A stretch of 27,477 nucleotides of DNA from a virus (Duplodnaviria; Caudoviricetes): positions 1-27,477 of the IMG/VR virus record IMGVR_UViG_3300028597_000060. The stretch is one strand, 5' to 3'. This document shows positions 23,350 through 27,477 of this stretch, piece by piece (position 1 is the stretch's first letter; the number at the start of each line of letters is the position of its first letter). A program made the translations under genes and the position numbers. The notes beneath the pieces were generated by a model. It saw only the letters and a program-made list of their open reading frames with translations, searched no databases and was not told the DNA's origin.

Positions 23350-25272
23350 CTATCGTGCGCCGAAAGCGGTCTGAACATCCCCGCGACCATCGTTCTTCAC
23401 AATGCGCCGGATGAGCCGCTTCATATCTTCGTCCGCGCCGGTCACATCGAATGTGAGTCCCTGACGCTGTGTGAGTGCAGCGCGAGCCACACCCTTTGGA
23501 CTCACGTCCATAGCCATTCCTGGCAGATCAGCAGTCACGCCCCCGAGTTGCTTACGCAGGTACGGGACTTGCTTGTCAATGCCGCGCATGAAACCACCGA
23601 TGACCATCCGACCGTTAGGGGTCAGGATCTTCCGGTCGAGCGCCTCAGGGCCCTTCCAGTCCGGCAGCATGGACGTAAGTTCGCCCAGCTTGGACTTAAC
23701 GGAACCGAACATTGACGTGATTCCGTTGATGAAGCCCTTCACCAGATTCATACCGGCTGCCCTCAGCGCGTTGCCGATACCGCTGAGCGCGTTACGCGCC
23801 TTGCCCGGTAGCTCACGGACCCTGGCAACCACGCTCGCGATGCCCTCACGGGCCGCAGAAAGCATCCGGCTACCGGCGTCGCGGATGATTCCCCAGACCT
23901 TACCGACCAGCGGAGCCAGCGCAGCGCCAATCTTGCCCGGTAGTTCGGTGAAAATAGACATCAGGAACCGCGCAGCGCCCGAAACGGCTTGCTTTGCGTA
24001 CTCCATAGCCCCGCTAAAGTCACCCTTTAGCAGTGCCGCAATCATCTTCACCGCTGGCACAACAACAGACTTGATGAATCCGGCCAGTTGATCAGCCAGG
24101 ATCATCGCCAGCGCCGCAATGATGGGGGTCAGAAACTCGATAATGGGCACCAGCGCCTGAACCACTTCGCCCAGCGCCTCAAACATGGGCACAATCGCAG
24201 CGAGTAGCGGCGAAAGCGCGGGCAGAACGGCTGCGACTAGTTCCATGATCGGCGGTAGCAGCGGCGAAACGGCCTCAACTAGCGCCAGAAACGCGTCAAC
24301 TAGTTCCCCGAGAATGGGCCCGAGAGCCTCAATCACCGGCCCTAGCGCGTCACCTAGCTGCGCGATGATCGGGCCTAGTCCGTCGAGTAGCTTGCTGAGT
24401 ACAGGGCCCGCAACTTGCAGCATCTGACCCATTAGCTCACCCAGAACGGGCAGGATATCGCCTATCGCGCCGCCCAGCGAGGCAAGCACGGGGCCCGCTT
24501 CACCGATGCCAGACGACAGACCCTCAAAGAATCCCCCGATACCGTCACCGATACCGGCGAAAGCATCGGCCAGACCCTCAACTAGCGGACCCGCCTTTTC
24601 CATGACGGACACCAGTCCGGGCATGACGCCCTTGACTAGCTCACCCAGACCACCGACCAGCGGTTCAATCAGCGGTCCGGCAGCCTTGAATGCCTGCCCA
24701 ATCTGCGGCGCTATCTCATCGAAAATGCCCTTCATCTGGCCAGCGGCATCCGCGAGCGGCTGCACCATCGGCTGCGCGAGGCTCTGCATAGTCGACGTGA
24801 CGTGATCCTTCAGACCACTAAACGCGCTCACAACCGTCGCGTTTTCCTTCAGCACCATGGCACCCAGACCCACGAATGCCAGCGGGACCGCAGCCATAGC
24901 ACCAGCCGCGCCGACAGCGCCGACCGACATGACCCCAAGGGACTTGGTCAGTCCCCCGAGTGTCTTAGTACCGGCTGCGCCAGCGGTGCGCAGACCACTC
25001 GCCATGCCAGAGCGCGCGATGCTGCCCACACCGCGCAGTGCCTCGCCCACGCCACCCAGAGCATCCCGCATGCGCTGAGCATTGGTCATGTTCGCGTGTG
25101 CTGCGGAACGGACAGTGCCGTTAAGGTCGGTCCAGTTCCCTTCAGCATCCTGCGTCATGCCCGCAACAGTGGTACCGATCGAGCGAATAGCAGCCGACGC
25201 GCGCCGCGCCCCAGCGACTACCGGGCCGGTATCAATTCCTAGGTCAACGGTTAGTGATGCGAGCGTGGCCAT
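23350..25272 (-). CDS. tape measure protein (about 640 aa)
   Basis: LASLTVDLG N-terminus, Ala/Gly/Leu-rich amphipathic repeats with Pro periodicity, follows the chaperone pair; SD GAAAGGGGG. Confidence 0.92.
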   Translation of the reverse strand: MATLASLTVDLGIDTGPVVAGARRASAAIRSIGTTVAGMTQDAEGNWTDLNGTVRSAAHANMTNAQRMRDALGGVGEALRGVGSIARSGMASGLRTAGAAGTKTLGGLTKSLGVMSVGAVGAAGAMAAVPLAFVGLGAMVLKENATVVSAFSGLKDHVTSTMQSLAQPMVQPLADAAGQMKGIFDEIAPQIGQAFKAAGPLIEPLVGGLGELVKGVMPGLVSVMEKAGPLVEGLADAFAGIGDGIGGFFEGLSSGIGEAGPVLASLGGAIGDILPVLGELMGQMLQVAGPVLSKLLDGLGPIIAQLGDALGPVIEALGPILGELVDAFLALVEAVSPLLPPIMELVAAVLPALSPLLAAIVPMFEALGEVVQALVPIIEFLTPIIAALAMILADQLAGFIKSVVVPAVKMIAALLKGDFSGAMEYAKQAVSGAARFLMSIFTELPGKIGAALAPLVGKVWGIIRDAGSRMLSAAREGIASVVARVRELPGKARNALSGIGNALRAAGMNLVKGFINGITSMFGSVKSKLGELTSMLPDWKGPEALDRKILTPNGRMVIGGFMRGIDKQVPYLRKQLGGVTADLPGMAMDVSPKGVARAALTQRQGLTFDVTGADEDMKRLIRRIVKNDGRGDVQTAFGAR

Positions 25273-25295
25273 AGGCACCCCCTTTCTAATTCAGG

Positions 25296-25309
25296 TACGA
25301 AAATTCGTA
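25296..25309. promoter_or_regulatory. operator palindrome TACGAAAATTCGTA
   Basis: Motif copy between the chaperone and tape measure genes. Confidence 0.75.
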
Positions 25310-25314
25310 GGTGC

Positions 25315-25656
25315 CTACTCGGCCCGCTTATACGATCCGCCCAGAGCAGTGTTAGCCCGGACAACTTCCTGCCACATTTCGCGGACAGTCTTCTTACGCT
25401 TGAACCACGTAGGCAGAAAGTCGGACGGTTTCGCTCTGCGTTTTGCGCCGTTCGAGTTGGCGACAGTCGCAGCGATGATGCCCGCAGAGATCTCCGTACG
25501 TAGCCGGATATCAAGCGGGCCGGTTACTCGCTCATACGCCAGCCACTCCGAAAGTTCGCGTGACGACGTACGGGCGAGCAACTCGGCCACAGGCATACCA
25601 AGGAAACCAGCGAGCCGGAAATAGAACTGCCGCTCCGGGCGGGCCGTTAGTTTCCC
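25315..25656 (-). CDS. tail assembly chaperone, -1 frameshift extension (gpT-like)
   Basis: The -1 frame is open from the slippery site (GKLTARPERQFYFRLAGFLGMPVAELL...SSRELSEW). Confidence 0.88.
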   Translation of the reverse strand, partial: GKLTARPERQFYFRLAGFLGMPVAELLARTSSRELSEWLAYERVTGPLDIRLRTEISAGIIAATVANSNGAKRRAKPSDFLPTWFKRKKTVREMWQEVVRANTALGGSYKRAE

Positions 25657-26015
25657 ACTAGTTCCTCAACGTCTTCCGACGTGAGGCCCGACAGCCGCGA
25701 GGCAACTTCAACAACACGGTTCAGCGCCTGCGCGCTCTTTTCGCCAAGGCGCTTGACCTCAGCGTCAGAGCGGAACAGACGCTTACCGTCCTCAGACACC
25801 AGACAGGCAGCCGCGAGGCGAGCACGGTAGTTCGCCAGCGCCTTATCCTTCGCTACGCCGTTCATCTGCTCATTGAGCATCTGCGCTTCGAAACGGTCGC
25901 GATCGGTGCCGTTCATGCCCTGAACCATGACGGTGCCTCCCCACTCGGGAACCGCTACCGGCTCTCGCAGTAGATCGTCAGCGCCTAGGATCTGCTCAGC
26001 GGATAGGTACGTCAT
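25647..26015 (-). CDS. tail assembly chaperone (gpG-like)
   Basis: VPEWGG motif; ends ...VGN* across G GGA AAC. Confidence 0.9.
   Translation of the reverse strand: MTYLSAEQILGADDLLREPVAVPEWGGTVMVQGMNGTDRDRFEAQMLNEQMNGVAKDKALANYRARLAAACLVSEDGKRLFRSDAEVKRLGEKSAQALNRVVEVASRLSGLTSEDVEELVGN
25650..25656 (-). other. programmed -1 ribosomal frameshift site GGGAAAC
   Basis: X XXY YYZ heptamer just before the stop, with the -1 frame open. Confidence 0.88.
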
Positions 26016-26021
26016 GGGTGA

Positions 26022-26444
26022 TTACACTCCTGCGGTGATGGAAGGCTTGCCGGAAACCTTGAAGGTCAGTTCAGCGCTCAGCTTGTCATCAACGGGCGCT
26101 TCCTGGCTGAAGCCAGTGAGGATTAGCTTTAGGCCCCACTCCCCTAGCCCGCCGGGGAAAACTAGCTTGTAGCTGCGAGGGGCAGTGTCCTCAAAATCGG
26201 CGATCAGATCGTCATGAACGCGCGGGTCATAGTTGACCTCAATGGACACTTCGCCAGCATCCTTCAGTCCACCGATGAACTCGCGCCACCCATCAACCGA
26301 GTCATGCGCGGTAACGTCGTACGTCTCGCGCTCAATCTCCGGGCCGGAAACGTTCGTCACCTTGCCGATGGCGGTAAAGACCTCAGTCGGCGTGACCCCG
26401 TCGCCTCGCTGAAGTTCGATACCGAATGCGTCTAGTCCGCTCAT
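26022..26444 (-). CDS. major tail (tube) protein
   Basis: DVT.HDS..GWREFIGGLKDAGE...SG.P pattern; position in the tail module. Confidence 0.9.
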   Translation of the reverse strand: MSGLDAFGIELQRGDGVTPTEVFTAIGKVTNVSGPEIERETYDVTAHDSVDGWREFIGGLKDAGEVSIEVNYDPRVHDDLIADFEDTAPRSYKLVFPGGLGEWGLKLILTGFSQEAPVDDKLSAELTFKVSGKPSITAGV

Positions 26445-26851
26445 TCGGAATTCTCCTTTGTCATGTGTACGCGATACTGCGCGTTAATGTGCGTCACGTC
26501 CGGGTCCGGGTCCGGAATGACTTGGTGCTGCGTGTGCTTGATCTGAACGTCCACGAACCCAGACACGACCAGCGCCACCCGATCAAGGGCAGCGTCTACC
26601 GCAGCGAAGAGGGCGTAAGCCTCAGCCTTGCTCGCAGCCTTGGACCAAACGTGAACGGTCACCGTCGAGTTGAGCCCCTGCGCATCATGCGAGTCGTCGG
26701 GAAGTTCGCTGATCGCACCCAGCGAAACGAACGGGTACGGGGCAGGCTCCGGAACCTTGTCAAACACCCTGCCCGACAGCGAGGCAGCGCCGTTCAGCGC
26801 GGTAAACACGCTTGTCTGTAGTGGTGCTAGTGCGGTTGCCAGGGTCACCAC
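26441..26851 (-). CDS. tail terminator / completion protein (DUF3168-like)
   Basis: VFDKVP...PYPFVSLG...VHVWS pattern; position. Confidence 0.85.
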   Translation of the reverse strand: MVTLATALAPLQTSVFTALNGAASLSGRVFDKVPEPAPYPFVSLGAISELPDDSHDAQGLNSTVTVHVWSKAASKAEAYALFAAVDAALDRVALVVSGFVDVQIKHTQHQVIPDPDPDVTHINAQYRVHMTKENSE

Positions 26852-27216
26852 CTACCGAAGAATCGGGGCGCTACGCGCTGCAAAGCACGCTCGCCGGTAC
26901 GTCTGTGAATCTGCGAGGCAGGACCAAGGAAAGGCTGATCATCCATTTTGGATGTGCCCTTTTCCACGTAATACGCGTATTCGCGTGTCTTACCGGGGGC
27001 AATCTGGACCCACGCCTTACCGGACCCCGTATTGATGCGCGCCTCAATCGAGTCGGCCAGCGCGCCAGTCCGCTTAGGGGCAAGATCTTTCGCTGTCTTT
27101 TCCAGCGAGGATGCCCACTCGCGTAGCGCTTCCGCCCGTGCTTCGTTCGCACGCTGAGGCAGTAGCCGTATTCGTGCCAGCGCAGTACGCAGGCCACGCA
27201 TTCCAGATGCCATCAC
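26845..27216 (-). CDS. HK97 gp10-like neck / tail-component protein
   Basis: AP..TGAL..SI, YA.YVE.GTSKM..QPFL.PA. Confidence 0.88.
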   Translation of the reverse strand: MMASGMRGLRTALARIRLLPQRANEARAEALREWASSLEKTAKDLAPKRTGALADSIEARINTGSGKAWVQIAPGKTREYAYYVEKGTSKMDDQPFLGPASQIHRRTGERALQRVAPRFFGRW

Positions 27217-27477
27217 GCCCCCGACTGACGCAGCTTGCAGTCAGCGCGTAGGTAGGTACCCGGCTCGCTCGGTTCGTAGGTGGCCGCAACGGTGAACACG
27301 TCCGTTCCGCGCCGTAGTTCGTCGCCTCGCTGAACGCCAGCGGTCGGCAGTAGGTACACGACGTGCGACAGGTCTGCGCCGTTCTGAGCGGCAACCACAC
27401 GTTCGGTGGCCGATGGCTGCGAGAAACGGGCGCGGACAGTGGCCACCCTCGCCCACTCGACCACCCAACCACCCATG
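27213..27477 (-). CDS. head closure / head-tail adaptor (5' truncated by the window edge)
   Basis: GG....W..VATVRA...S..ER pattern; position upstream of the gp10-like gene. Confidence 0.75.
   Translation of the reverse strand, partial: MGGWVVEWARVATVRARFSQPSATERVVAAQNGADLSHVVYLLPTAGVQRGDELRRGTDVFTVAATYEPSEPGTYLRADCKLRQSGA

Noticed and set aside
489-25309. Repeated palindromes plus a Cas4-like nuclease read as a CRISPR system
   Set aside because: The repeats are 14-16 bp and dispersed over kilobases with no repeat-spacer periodicity; the nuclease is a standard phage PD-(D/E)XK exonuclease.
25512-25527. GTAACCGGCCCGCTTG, resembling the promoter motif
   Set aside because: Three mismatches and inside coding sequence; may be chance.

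Overview
This is about 27.5 kb of a GC-rich actinobacterial siphovirus genome or prophage, most similar to temperate Streptomyces phages of the R4/phiC31 type. Every credible gene is on the minus strand. In transcription order (right to left) the genes are: head-closure, neck and tail-terminator proteins; major tail protein; tail chaperones with a -1 frameshift; tape measure; a large minor tail protein; a beta-helix tail spike; amidase endolysin with two small membrane genes; dNMP kinase; a self-contained accessory gene; putative immunity repressor; PD-(D/E)XK exonuclease; a phiC31 gp3-like (RDF) protein; small ORFs; HNH; primase-helicase; DNA polymerase A; a sigma-like factor; a split HNH; ThyX; dCMP deaminase; and small ORFs. 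No integrase is in the window. The most striking content is non-coding. (1) Nine same-orientation copies of the palindrome TACGAA-A(A/G)-TTCGTA occur. Several form the apex of terminator-like hairpins, and three lie exactly 6 bp upstream of a host-type -35 box. (2) Eight copies of a 16-bp phage-promoter-like motif, GTAACCGACTCGCTAG, occur, one forming the 5' arm of a terminator in front of the endolysin. (3) A 94-bp nested inverted repeat is an origin candidate. (4) A structured intergenic region of about 400 bp lies upstream of the sigma-like gene. All calls come from manual motif recognition and synteny; no database searches were run.
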